DNA of 64,000 nt, from the NCBI GenBank assembly GCA_021819135.1, contig JAKASE010000006.1, positions 18,165 through 82,164 on the forward strand, written 5' to 3'. Positions 49,032-60,126 of the stretch are shown piece by piece. How positions within the stretch are numbered: the first letter of the stretch is position 1; every line of letters starts with the position of its first letter. The position numbers and the translations under genes were made by a program. Below the pieces are notes generated by a model, which worked only from the letters and a program-made list of their open reading frames with translations, was not told where the DNA came from and did no database searches. Source of the stretch: Thermoplasmata archaeon (GTDB taxonomy: Archaea > Thermoplasmatota > Thermoplasmata > Lutacidiplasmatales > UBA184).

Positions 49032-50576
49032 TCAGACGATCGGGGTCAGGACGGCGTGCGGGAGCCCCTTCTCGGGGTTCGGGCTGATCGCGTGGATCGT
49101 CGTCCGGGGCCGGATCCCGTAGATGCACGGGGTGTTGTCGAGGTTGATGATGCGGAAGTACGTGTCCATCATGTTGAGGATCTCGCTCGACACGAGCAGG
49201 CCGGGCTTGAGCAGGCCGATCCCGAGGTTCCCGACGTGCTTGGTCCGCGATACCCCCTGGAAGTACATCCGGATCGCGACCTGGTCGCCCATCAGGCTCT
49301 CGAAGGTGTCGAATCCCGTGTACTCCACGAACGGCTTGCGCTCGGGGCCGGCGACCGCCTTCTCCGCGGTCACCATCGCGCGCATCGCCTCCTCCCGCCC
49401 GAAGCGGGCCATCGGGAGGATGTACGGCTCCTCGGTCTCGGTGGCGGAATAGTCGGGGATCCGCACCCGGGTGTCGAAGGTGTTCGCGGGGACGTGCCGC
49501 ACAAGCGTTTCCCGGAACTTCTCCGGCGACTCGCCCGCCGCGAGGACCGCGATGATCCCGCGGCCCTGGGAGAGGAAGTTGAGGAACGTCGGGGTGAAGA
49601 GCATCGAATAGTCGTCGATCCCCACGTTGACGTCGACCTCGAACGCGTTGAAGCTGCCCCGGCGGAACCCGCCCCCGAGGAGCGCGTCGAAGTCCGGGAT
49701 GCCGGTCGAGTAGTACCGCTCGGGGTCGGTCGACGGCTTCCAGGCACCGCTCGGGGTGGCGGAGCCTCCCGGGTTGCGGATCCCGAGCGCCTCGAACCGT
49801 CCGCCGTCGAGGGTGACCGCGTACCGGGCCCGTCCGATGCTCGTCGCCCGGAGCTTCTCGAGACGCAGGTGACGGACGCGCCGCTCGTCGAGCTCCTCTC
49901 GCTGGATCGAGATGAGGCCGTCGACGAGGTACTCGATCCCGCCGGCCTCGGGCTTCTCGAGGATCATGACGACGTCCGTGCTGGACCCCTCCACGAGGTC
50001 CTTCTGGAGGGCCATGACGAACTCTTCCATCTCGAGACCGTACTTGTGGGTCACACCCTCGAGGGAGTCGATCACGAGCAGCGACTTCTCGGGGAGGGCG
50101 CGCTCGATGCGATTGTAGACGTTCTCGACCTCGGGCATCGGGCTCCGCTTCAGGAGCGCCTGGAGATGGGCGCGGTCGACGCGGGTCGGTGGTCCGCGCT
50201 CCTGGCCGAAGCTGCCGAGGACCTCCTTGCCCGCCCGCACCTTCCGCTGCTCGGACTCGGGCAGCTCGACGTCGTGGGGCTTGCCGGTCGCGTTGATCGC
50301 GTCGAGGAAGAGCTTCGCCGCGTCGAGGACGCGCGTGCGCATTTCGGTCGTCTTGAGCCACGGGAACTGGCGGTAGAGCGCCTCGTCCCCGACCCGCGTG
50401 GAGAGATAGTACGAGCGGCTCGGCTGGCCGACCCGCTCGAGGAGCTCGAGCCCGAACGTCGTCTTGCCCGTACCGGCCCCACCCTTGACGATGAGCGACC
50501 GGCCCCCCTTCCCGCTCAGGAAGGTGACGACCTCCGTCGGGACCCCTCCCACCGTGCTGCCTTCGCTAGCGCTCAT
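49032..50576 (-). CDS. KaiC-like two-domain RecA-superfamily ATPase
   Basis: 514 aa. The N-domain carries Walker A KGGAGTGKTTFGLELL; the second domain is degenerate. The fold is KaiC/RadA-like. Confidence 0.75.
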   Translation of the reverse strand: MSASEGSTVGGVPTEVVTFLSGKGGRSLIVKGGAGTGKTTFGLELLERVGQPSRSYYLSTRVGDEALYRQFPWLKTTEMRTRVLDAAKLFLDAINATGKPHDVELPESEQRKVRAGKEVLGSFGQERGPPTRVDRAHLQALLKRSPMPEVENVYNRIERALPEKSLLVIDSLEGVTHKYGLEMEEFVMALQKDLVEGSSTDVVMILEKPEAGGIEYLVDGLISIQREELDERRVRHLRLEKLRATSIGRARYAVTLDGGRFEALGIRNPGGSATPSGAWKPSTDPERYYSTGIPDFDALLGGGFRRGSFNAFEVDVNVGIDDYSMLFTPTFLNFLSQGRGIIAVLAAGESPEKFRETLVRHVPANTFDTRVRIPDYSATETEEPYILPMARFGREEAMRAMVTAEKAVAGPERKPFVEYTGFDTFESLMGDQVAIRMYFQGVSRTKHVGNLGIGLLKPGLLVSSEILNMMDTYFRIINLDNTPCIYGIRPRTTIHAISPNPEKGLPHAVLTPIV

Positions 50577-50750
50577 AGTGACCCGGGAGGGCAGGGCTCG
50601 GTCGTTGGTTCGATTGACCGACGAGCCATTCCACGTCCCGTGCCTTCATGGGCACCTTCGGGGAGTAAAAGGTTTCGGACGAATCGCGGAGCCCGTCGGG
50701 GGGCCCGGAGCCGCCCGGTCCGGCGTTCCCGCCCGTCGGGCCGAACGGCC

Positions 50751-53324
50751 TCAGGAGGTCGCGGCGCCCGCCCGCTCGCGGGCCGCGCGTCGGGCCGCTT
50801 CGAACGCCCGGCCGAGCGGGGCCCCCGGCTCGCCGACCACGGTGGCCGCCGCCGGGCTTCCGCCTCCCTTACCGCCGAACTCCGACTTCGTCACGCCCGC
50901 GATGTCGACCGCCGACACCCCCGAGGCCGTGGACCCGACGAAGATCGTCCCCCGGCCCTCCTGCTCGGCGGCGAGCACGACGACCCGGTCCGGCCGGACC
51001 GAGAGGAGGCGGGAGAGCTCCATCAGCTCCGTCCGGTCGAGGTCCTGGCGGCTCGCGATCAGCGTGGTGCCCCCGACCGTCTCGGTCGTGCTGGGGTCGG
51101 TGAGGAGCCGTTCGGCGATGACCCCGAGGCTCTCCTTGCGCCGGGCCTGGGACTGCTTGCGGCTCTCCTCGATCTCCTGGAGGAGACGATCGATGCCGTC
51201 CGGCAGGCGCGCGACCGGGACCCCGAGACGCCGGGAGGCCTCCCGGAGGATCTCCTCGTGCTCCTCCCGGATCTCGAGGGCCCGCTCCCCGCTCGCGTAG
51301 GTGAGACGGACGACCCCGTCCTGGATCCGCTCCACATCGAGGATCTCGATCGCCCCGACCTCGCTCGTGTGGGTGCAGTGCGTGCCTCCGCACGCCTCGA
51401 CGTCGAACCCCTCGACCTCGACGATCCGGATCTCGCGCCCGGGTACGGCCCCTCCCTGGTAGAGCGTGAAGCCGAACCGCCGCTCCGCCTCCGCGCGGGA
51501 CTCGAAGTAGCTCTTCACCGGCCGGTCCTCCCGGACCACCCGGTTCACCCGGCGGTCGATCCGGGTCAGCTCCTCCTTCGTGAGCGGCCGGTAATGGGTG
51601 ATGTCGATGCGGGCCGACTCCGGCGACTTGAACGCCCCCGCCTGCCACACGTGGGGCCCGAGGACCTCCCGGAGCGCCCCGTTCATGAGATGCGTCGCGG
51701 TGTGGTGCTGCATCAGCTGGGTGCGTCGTACCGGGTCGACCCGGCCGTGCACCCGGTCTCCCGGACGGAACGGGGACTCCCGCTCGAGCTGGTGAAGGAC
51801 GTGCGGCCCCCGCCAGGCGACCTCGACGACCTCGAGATCGCCGAGGTGACCCCGGTCGGTGACCTGCCCGCCGCCGGTCGGGTAGAAGTAGGTCCGGTCG
51901 AGCGCGACGAACCGGCCCTCGGCGAAGACGACGTGGGCGTCGAACGCCACGGTGTATGGGTCGAGGTAGTAGAGGACCTGGGTCGCGGGGATCCCGAGGG
52001 GCACCTCCGGTAGCCCCTCGGTCTTCTCCTCGTACCCGGTCGCCGGCCGCTCGTTCTCGTGCCGCGTGGCGATGCGGGCGTAGAAGTCCTCGGGGATCGC
52101 GGGGGGGTTCTCGAGGTCCTCGACGGCGACCTCGGGAGGAACGCCGAGCGAGTCGTACCACTCGAGGAGGTTCTCCTCGGTGACCCGTCCGCCCGTGGAG
52201 CGAAGCCGCTCCTCGGTCCGACGGATCGTCTGCCGGGCGCGTCCGACCGATTCGGAGTACTTCTCGAGCTCCGCCCGGACGACCTCGTGGAGGTCGTCCC
52301 GATGCGCGCCGATCTCGGGGAAGTCCCGGGCGATCTCCCGGGCCGAGCGGTCCAGGATCGCGATCAGGTCCGGCGCCTCGGGGACCCGGGTGAGGATCCG
52401 CTGCGCCCGCCTCAGGAGCAGCCGCGCGAAGTACCCTTCCTTGCTGTTCGACGGGACGACCCCGTCGGTGAGGAGGAAGTTGAGCGCGCGCGCATGGTCG
52501 ATCAGGATCGCCGTCTCCCGGGCCGGGAAGGTGCGACGGAGCTCGTCGTACTCGCCCGCGAACACCGCCTCGTAGGCGGTCTTCGTGCCCTGGCTCGCCC
52601 ACACGAACCGCTCGAGGCCATAGCCGGTATCGACGACGGTGAGCGGCATCGGCGTGAGCCGGTCGCCGTTCCGCACGTACTCCATGAAGACGAGCGTCGC
52701 GACCTCGAGGCCGCTGATCCCCACGCTGAGGGATGGGCCGAGGTTCCCGCCGCCCTCCCAGACCTCTTCCTTGTAGGTGATCGACGCGGGGTCGGTCCCG
52801 AGGTCCTGGGTCAGGAGCTCGTGGCAGTACTCCGTGCACCGGTCCTTGAAGTAGACCTCGTGATCGGGCCGGTTGAACGCGTGGTGGGCCATCATCTCGA
52901 ACAGCGTGAAGTGGCGACCGCTCCGCCCGACCTCCTCGAGGTCGATGAACCGGAGCGCCGGCTGGCTGATCACGAGGGGGTTCGCGGGCGGCGGCGTCGC
53001 GCCGCTCGTCACCCACGGCTGGAAGTCATAGATCGACGCCTGCGTGAAGAAGACGTCGTTCCGCCAGCGCGCGACGGTCGGATATCGTCGCAGCCGCGTG
53101 TGCCCGCGCGTCTCGAAGAAGGTGAGGAACGCCTCGCGCATCTCGGCGAGCGGGTACGGGCGGGCGAAGATCGGGTGGCCGATGAACCCGTAGTCCCGGC
53201 ACGGCGCCTCCTGGCAGCGGTCGTGGTCCCCGAGGGTCCAGAACGCCTGCCCGCAGACGACGCAGGCCCGGCGGTGGAACCCCTCGCGATGGAAGAACGG
53301 GAGGTCGTACTCGGCGTCGTCCAT
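50751..53324 (-). CDS. alaS: alanyl-tRNA synthetase
   Basis: 857 aa of archaeal AlaRS, with the editing-domain HxxxH/CxxxH motifs (HTATHL, EACGGTHC) and a C-terminal DHHA1 domain. Confidence 0.93.
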   Translation of the reverse strand: MDDAEYDLPFFHREGFHRRACVVCGQAFWTLGDHDRCQEAPCRDYGFIGHPIFARPYPLAEMREAFLTFFETRGHTRLRRYPTVARWRNDVFFTQASIYDFQPWVTSGATPPPANPLVISQPALRFIDLEEVGRSGRHFTLFEMMAHHAFNRPDHEVYFKDRCTEYCHELLTQDLGTDPASITYKEEVWEGGGNLGPSLSVGISGLEVATLVFMEYVRNGDRLTPMPLTVVDTGYGLERFVWASQGTKTAYEAVFAGEYDELRRTFPARETAILIDHARALNFLLTDGVVPSNSKEGYFARLLLRRAQRILTRVPEAPDLIAILDRSAREIARDFPEIGAHRDDLHEVVRAELEKYSESVGRARQTIRRTEERLRSTGGRVTEENLLEWYDSLGVPPEVAVEDLENPPAIPEDFYARIATRHENERPATGYEEKTEGLPEVPLGIPATQVLYYLDPYTVAFDAHVVFAEGRFVALDRTYFYPTGGGQVTDRGHLGDLEVVEVAWRGPHVLHQLERESPFRPGDRVHGRVDPVRRTQLMQHHTATHLMNGALREVLGPHVWQAGAFKSPESARIDITHYRPLTKEELTRIDRRVNRVVREDRPVKSYFESRAEAERRFGFTLYQGGAVPGREIRIVEVEGFDVEACGGTHCTHTSEVGAIEILDVERIQDGVVRLTYASGERALEIREEHEEILREASRRLGVPVARLPDGIDRLLQEIEESRKQSQARRKESLGVIAERLLTDPSTTETVGGTTLIASRQDLDRTELMELSRLLSVRPDRVVVLAAEQEGRGTIFVGSTASGVSAVDIAGVTKSEFGGKGGGSPAAATVVGEPGAPLGRAFEAARRAARERAGAATS

Positions 53325-53424
53325 CGTACCGGGCCGACATGCGCCGTATCTTAAGAGGTTCGGAGGGTCCGTCGCGACCCGACGACCGCGGCCGGTCCGC
53401 GGAGCGGTTCGGGAGCGAGCGACG

Positions 53425-54678
53425 ATGGCAGACGGCCCGGCCGAGCCCTTGGCGCCGGGGTCCGTCCGGCGGGCGACGCTGGTCCTGATCGCGCTCCGCG
53501 TCGGCTACGCGTACAACTGGTTCTCCGTGGGGCCGGCCCTCCCGTCGATCGGCGCGGAGTTCTCCGTCGGCCCGGCGGAGTGGGGGGTCCTGGTCGCGGC
53601 GTTCCTGGTCGGCGCCGGACTGTTCCAGGTGCCCGCCGGCTTCCTCTCGCGCCGGTACGGGGCCCGGTCGATCTCCCTCGCGGGGGTCGCCCTCCTCGCC
53701 ATCGGGGCCCTCGCCGGTGCGCTCGCCCCGTCGTACGCCTTCCTCCTCGCGAGCCGTATCGCCGCGGGGGTCGGCGCGGCCCTGTTCTTCTCCCCCGCGA
53801 TCGGGCTGGTCGCGAGCCTCTACCCTCCCGGGCGTCGGGGCCTACCGGTGGGAACGTTCAGCTCCGCGTTCAGCGCCGGCGCGGGCCTCGGCGTCCTGGG
53901 GAGCTCGCTCCTGATCCCCGAGATCGGCTGGCGGGGCGCGATCGCGTTCGGCGGCCTCCTCCTCGGGGCGATCGTCCTCGTGGCCCTTCGTGCGGTGCCG
54001 AAGGCCGCGGGCGCCCCTACTCCGCGGCCGATCCGCCCGTCCGGACGGCTCCCGATCGCCCTGCGGTACCGGGGGGTCTGGGCGGTGGGGGTGGCGTTCG
54101 TCGGGGTGGAGGGGGCCTCCTTCGCGACGGGCCAGTTCATCGTGCCGTACGGGGAAGCGGTCGAGGGATGGTCGATCGCGCTCGCCGGCGTCGTCGGGAT
54201 GATGTTCGTCCTGCCGAGCTTCTTCGGAGGCCCCGTCGGCGGGCCGATGGCCGAGCGGTTCCGCAACCACCGGGCCCAGCTCGCCGGGACCTCGGTGCTC
54301 GTCGGCGGGCTCCTCGCGCTGGTCCCGTTCTCCGGGCTCGGGGCGGTGATCGCGATCGGGATCGCGTTCTCGTTCGGCTACGGGGTCATCTACGCCGTGA
54401 TGTACGTGATCCCGCACTTCTGGACCGAGATCCCCCCGGAGGAGGTCCCGCTCGCGATCGGCCTGTTCAACTCGATCCAGCTTGCCGGCGGGGCCCTCGT
54501 CTCCGCGCTGTTCGGCTGGGTCGTCTCGGTGCGGTCCTACGCGTTCGCCTGGGAGGTCCTGGCGCTCGGGGTCGTCGCGTTCCTGCTGGCCCTGCTCGCC
54601 CTGCCCGCGACCCGGCCGGACGGGGCCCGTCCTCCGGCCGTGGCGGCGACGTTCCGGCCCGGAGCGCCCGACCCGTAG
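53425..54678 (+). CDS. MFS transporter
   Basis: 417 aa with 12 predicted TM helices and the MFS motif G-x-L-x-D-R-x-G-R-like loop (SRRYGARS). Confidence 0.85.
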   Translation: MADGPAEPLAPGSVRRATLVLIALRVGYAYNWFSVGPALPSIGAEFSVGPAEWGVLVAAFLVGAGLFQVPAGFLSRRYGARSISLAGVALLAIGALAGALAPSYAFLLASRIAAGVGAALFFSPAIGLVASLYPPGRRGLPVGTFSSAFSAGAGLGVLGSSLLIPEIGWRGAIAFGGLLLGAIVLVALRAVPKAAGAPTPRPIRPSGRLPIALRYRGVWAVGVAFVGVEGASFATGQFIVPYGEAVEGWSIALAGVVGMMFVLPSFFGGPVGGPMAERFRNHRAQLAGTSVLVGGLLALVPFSGLGAVIAIGIAFSFGYGVIYAVMYVIPHFWTEIPPEEVPLAIGLFNSIQLAGGALVSALFGWVVSVRSYAFAWEVLALGVVAFLLALLALPATRPDGARPPAVAATFRPGAPDP

Positions 54679-55321
54679 CGCATGATCCCGCGATCGGGCA
54701 GACCCCGCACCGGGGCCCGATCGGGCGGCACAGGTTCTGCCCATGCTGGACGAGGAGCGGGTTCAGCGGGATCCAGTACCGGGGATCGACGATCGCGCGC
54801 AGGCGCGCCTCGGTCTCCTCGGGGGTCCGCGTGCGTACGACGCCGAGACGGTTCGCGATCCGGTGGACATGCGTGTCGACCGGGATCGCCGGGATCGCGT
54901 AGCCGAAGACGAGGACACAGTTCGCGGTCTTCGGCCCGACCCCGGGAAGGCCCATGAGCGCCTCGAACGACCGCGGGACCTCGCCGCCGTACCGGTCGAG
55001 GAGCGCCCGGGCGCACGCCCGGATCATCCGGGACTTCACCCGGTAGAACCCCGTCGCCCGGATCAGCGGCTCGATCGACCGGGGGGACGCGCGGGCGAGC
55101 GAGACCGCGTCCGGGTACCGGGCGAACAGCCGCGCGCTCGCGACGTCGGTGTTCGCGTCCCGGGTCCGCTGGGAGAGGATCGTCCCGATGAGCACCTGGA
55201 ACGGATCCTCGGCGTGGTCGCGGAGGTAGGGCCTCCGCCAGTCCCCGGTGCCGTAGAGCGCGCTCAGCCGGTCCAGGATCGACTCCCAGAGGTCGGCCGC
55301 CGGGGTCGGTAGCTCGCCCAT
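54467..55321 (-). CDS. nth: endonuclease III (Nth); the C-terminus carries an Arg/Pro-rich tail of about 65 aa
   Basis: HhH-GPD domain (LMGLPGVGPKTANCVLVFG) and the 4Fe-4S cluster CRPIGPRCGVCPIAGSC. The start MGELPTPAADLW lies immediately after the folC stop. The ORF has no stop until 54467, so it overlaps the convergent MFS gene by about 210 nt. Confidence 0.85.
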   Translation of the reverse strand: MGELPTPAADLWESILDRLSALYGTGDWRRPYLRDHAEDPFQVLIGTILSQRTRDANTDVASARLFARYPDAVSLARASPRSIEPLIRATGFYRVKSRMIRACARALLDRYGGEVPRSFEALMGLPGVGPKTANCVLVFGYAIPAIPVDTHVHRIANRLGVVRTRTPEETEARLRAIVDPRYWIPLNPLLVQHGQNLCRPIGPRCGVCPIAGSCATGRALRAGTSPPRPEDGPRPAGSRAGRAGPAGTRRPRAPGPPRRTRRTAPRRPSRTARRRGPRRQAGSS

Positions 55322-56757
55322 TACCGGTGCCGGTCCCTCGGCGGTGATTCGGCGGCCGCGGCCGCGAGGAGGGGGGGCGGGCCGAGACCGGGGTCCGAGA
55401 GGTCGGGCTCGCTCTCGTCGACGCGCATCAGCTCGCCCACCAGGTAGTCGCTGCCGATCACGAGCGTGAACCCGTCGGTCCCGGTGGCGGCCCGCGCGAG
55501 CCCAAGGCCCTCCCCGGCCGAGGGGGCGATCACGATGCGGGGGAAGCGGCCCTGGGCGAACGGCCGGATCTCCTCGGGCCGGAGCCCGCGCTCCGAGCGG
55601 ATCGGGACGAGGACGATCGTCCGTGCGAGCGGGGCGAGCGCGTCCAGGATCCCCGCCACGTCCTTCCCCCCCAGGCACCCGAAGACCACCGCGCTCTCCG
55701 CGGGGTCGGCGAGCGGGGAGACCTCGGCGAGGCTCTGGGCGACCGCCCGGGCGCTCTCCGGGGTGTGCGCGACGTCATAGAACAGCTCCGGGCGTCGCGA
55801 GACCCGCTCGAGACGGCCGGGCCACCGAAGGCCGGCGAACGCCTTGCGGACGCGCGATGCGTCCACGGCGGTCCCGGTCGACGCGAGGAACGCGACCGCC
55901 GCGCCGAAGGCAAGCGCGGCGTTCCCGGGCTGGAACCGGCCGATGAGGGGGAGGTGTACCCCGTCCACGGTGTGGCCGGGGGCGGCGAGGGAGAACGACT
56001 GCCCGTCCTCGAAGAGGGACCGCCCGTCGAACCGGACCTCCCCCCCGAGGGTCCAGAGCGGCACGCCGAGCCGGGCCGCCTCGGCCCGGACCACCCGGTC
56101 GGCCTCGGGCGGCAGTTCGCCCACCAGGCCCCGCACGCCGGCATGGAGGATACCGACCTTCTCCCCCGCGATCGCCGAGAGGGTGGGGCCGAGGACGTCC
56201 GTGTGCTCGAGCTCGATCGTCGTCAGGACCCCGACCCGCGTTTCGAGGACGTTCGTGGCGTCGAGGCGGCCGCCGATCCCCACCTCCACCACGATGGCGT
56301 CCGCCTTCTGGGCCCGGAACCAGTCGAGCGCGAGGACCGTGGTCACCTCGAAGAAGGTCGGGGCCCGGTCGATCGCTCCGCTCCGCTCGAGATCCTGGGC
56401 GAGCGACTCGATCCGGGCGATCCCCCGGACGACGGCGCTCGGGGGGATCAACCGCCTGTCGAGGCGGATCCGTTCGCGGTAGCTCACGAGGTGGGGGGAG
56501 GTGAACAGGCCGGTCCGGAGGCCGTGCGCGGAGAGGATCGCCTGGACCATCGCCGCCACCGACCCCTTGCCCTTGCTGCCGGTGATGTGGACGGCGGGCA
56601 GCGTCCGTTCGGGGTGGCCGAGCGCGTCGAGGAGGGCCCGGGTCACCTCAAGGCCGGGGCGCATCCCGAACCGTCGGCGACGGAACAGACGCTCGAGCGC
56701 CTCACGGTACTCTTCCGGCCCCACGGGTCCCCTTCGCCCAACCGGCCGGCCGCTCAC
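55321..56757 (-). CDS. folC: folylpolyglutamate synthase/dihydrofolate synthase (Mur ligase family)
   Basis: The P-loop HITGSKGKGS and the Mur ligase middle and C-terminal domains are present. Confidence 0.85.
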   Translation of the reverse strand: MSGRPVGRRGPVGPEEYREALERLFRRRRFGMRPGLEVTRALLDALGHPERTLPAVHITGSKGKGSVAAMVQAILSAHGLRTGLFTSPHLVSYRERIRLDRRLIPPSAVVRGIARIESLAQDLERSGAIDRAPTFFEVTTVLALDWFRAQKADAIVVEVGIGGRLDATNVLETRVGVLTTIELEHTDVLGPTLSAIAGEKVGILHAGVRGLVGELPPEADRVVRAEAARLGVPLWTLGGEVRFDGRSLFEDGQSFSLAAPGHTVDGVHLPLIGRFQPGNAALAFGAAVAFLASTGTAVDASRVRKAFAGLRWPGRLERVSRRPELFYDVAHTPESARAVAQSLAEVSPLADPAESAVVFGCLGGKDVAGILDALAPLARTIVLVPIRSERGLRPEEIRPFAQGRFPRIVIAPSAGEGLGLARAATGTDGFTLVIGSDYLVGELMRVDESEPDLSDPGLGPPPLLAAAAAESPPRDRHR

Positions 56758-56769
56758 GCGTCGCTCGCC

Positions 56770-58491
<1,722 letters not shown>

Positions 58492-58564
58492 CGACGCGTC
58501 GAGAGCGTGGTTCGGCTTAAAACGTGATGCGGGGGGTCACGGGAGGGAGGGCTCGGTTCCGCCC

Positions 58565-59317
58565 CTACAGGGACCGGAGGAGACCGACCAGGTCGGAGCG
58601 TCCGCGCCGCCGGACAGGCCAACCGAGCGCGCGGGCGAAGCGCGGGAACGCCTGGCCGGTCCAGACGGTGTTGTCGGCCAGGACGACCGCGGGAACGGCG
58701 AGCCGGGGGTGCACGGTCTCGAGCTCGAACGTGAGATGCCGGGGCGTGTGCCGGCTGTCGTGGAGGAATATCCCGATCGAGGGGAGCTCCCGCACGAGTT
58801 CGGGGAGGACCTCCTCGCTCGCGCCGATCCGCAGGTCCCAGCCCCGACGCAGCTCTTCCGGGACGGCCCAGCCGGTCTCCCGTCCCGGCGGGAGCGCCAC
58901 CGGCGACTCGTTCGGTCGGAACTTGGCGCCTCGCTGGGGGAGCGGCCGGTCGACCGAGTGGAGCGTGCCGCCTCCGTTCTGGCGCAGCGCGAGCAAGAAG
59001 TGCGCGGAGGAGACGCCGCTGCTCACCCCGGTCTCCACCACGTGGTCGGGTCGGAGCAGCCGGACCAATGCGTAGGCCTCGAACGGGGCCCGGAACTGCG
59101 CGTAGTGCGCGCGCCCCCCTTCGCGGTGTCGGCGACGGATCTCGGCCTCCACCGCCGCGAACCCGTCGAGCTCGGAGAGCACCGAAGCGATCGCCCCGGG
59201 GTCCGCGCCCGAGAGCTCCCGGAGCCATCGGAGGTTCGGTCGGGCCCGGGGGTCCCCGAGCGCCCGGTAGGCATGTCCGGCCGGTCCGGTCGTCCGACGT
59301 CGAGTCGTGGGCATCAC
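58565..59317 (-). CDS. class I SAM-dependent methyltransferase (CmcI/TylF-like)
   Basis: SAM-binding motif VVETGVSSGVSSAHFL; the C-terminal region resembles macrocin-O-MTase-family proteins. Confidence 0.65.
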   Translation of the reverse strand: MMPTTRRRTTGPAGHAYRALGDPRARPNLRWLRELSGADPGAIASVLSELDGFAAVEAEIRRRHREGGRAHYAQFRAPFEAYALVRLLRPDHVVETGVSSGVSSAHFLLALRQNGGGTLHSVDRPLPQRGAKFRPNESPVALPPGRETGWAVPEELRRGWDLRIGASEEVLPELVRELPSIGIFLHDSRHTPRHLTFELETVHPRLAVPAVVLADNTVWTGQAFPRFARALGWPVRRRGRSDLVGLLRSL

Positions 59318-59417
59318 GCAGGGTTACCCGCCCCGGTTCAAAGTTTCTCGCTAGGAGCTCCGGCAGGCCCGGCGCGGGCAGAGCCCGTCCGATGCCGGTC
59401 CGATCGCCGCCGGCCGC

Positions 59418-60101
59418 TCACGCTCGCGTCTTCGGCCGAAGCTCCGCCCGGAGGACCATCAGGCGGGAGGTCGACGCCGTCACGACGCTCCGGGTCTCGG
59501 TAAGCTCGATGCGGCGCCGGAAGAAGGGGGCATCGACGACCAGCGACTCGTACTCGCCGCCCTCCCCGGCGATGTGCACGGCGCGCACCGTCCGGCTGCG
59601 CCGCTCGAGCTCCGCCGCGAGGGCGTCGTCGAGACGGCGGCCGAGCAGGTCGGGGGTCAGCGACTCCGCCGACAGGTGGACGAGGCGGATGTCGAGCCCC
59701 GCGGCGATCTCCTCCCGGACGACGCGGGCGGGACCGACCCTCCAGAGCGGCGCGTACACCCGCCGGCCGAGCCCGTCCGCGACCCGGAGGACCCGGGACC
59801 ACTGGTACGACGAGGCGATCGCCCCCACGACGACCGGTCCGCGAGCCCCCGAGAGCGCGGCACGGAGCGCCCCGAGCTCCGCCTCCTCCGAGGAACCTTC
59901 GACCGTGACCGAGCGGTGCGCCTTCCCCCAGGCCTCGGCCTGGAGAGAGACCAGGTCGAGGTTCGGGGTGTGGAACATCATCGAGTCCGGATCGGAGGGT
60001 CGGAGCGTCACGAGCTCGTCGACCGGCCAGCCCTGCGTGTCCGCAAGGTACGCCGCATAGACCGAGTCCTTGCCTCCCGAGACGAGCGCGGTGACCGTCA
60101 T
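59418..60101 (-). CDS. dph6: diphthine-ammonia ligase (Dph6; MJ0570-type PP-loop ATPase)
   Basis: MTVTALVSGGKDSVYAAY (PP-loop SGGKDS); the 227-aa length is typical. Confidence 0.8.
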   Translation of the reverse strand: MTVTALVSGGKDSVYAAYLADTQGWPVDELVTLRPSDPDSMMFHTPNLDLVSLQAEAWGKAHRSVTVEGSSEEAELGALRAALSGARGPVVVGAIASSYQWSRVLRVADGLGRRVYAPLWRVGPARVVREEIAAGLDIRLVHLSAESLTPDLLGRRLDDALAAELERRSRTVRAVHIAGEGGEYESLVVDAPFFRRRIELTETRSVVTASTSRLMVLRAELRPKTRA

Positions 60102-60126
60102 CGCTCACGCCCGGTCGAGGCCGTTC

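Noticed and set aside
48025-49087. 309-aa and 228-aa + ORFs overlapping purE and the membrane-protein gene
   Set aside because: They are Arg/Gly/Pro/Ser-rich low-complexity translations. The membrane-protein frame (start at 48363) gives coherent TM helices.
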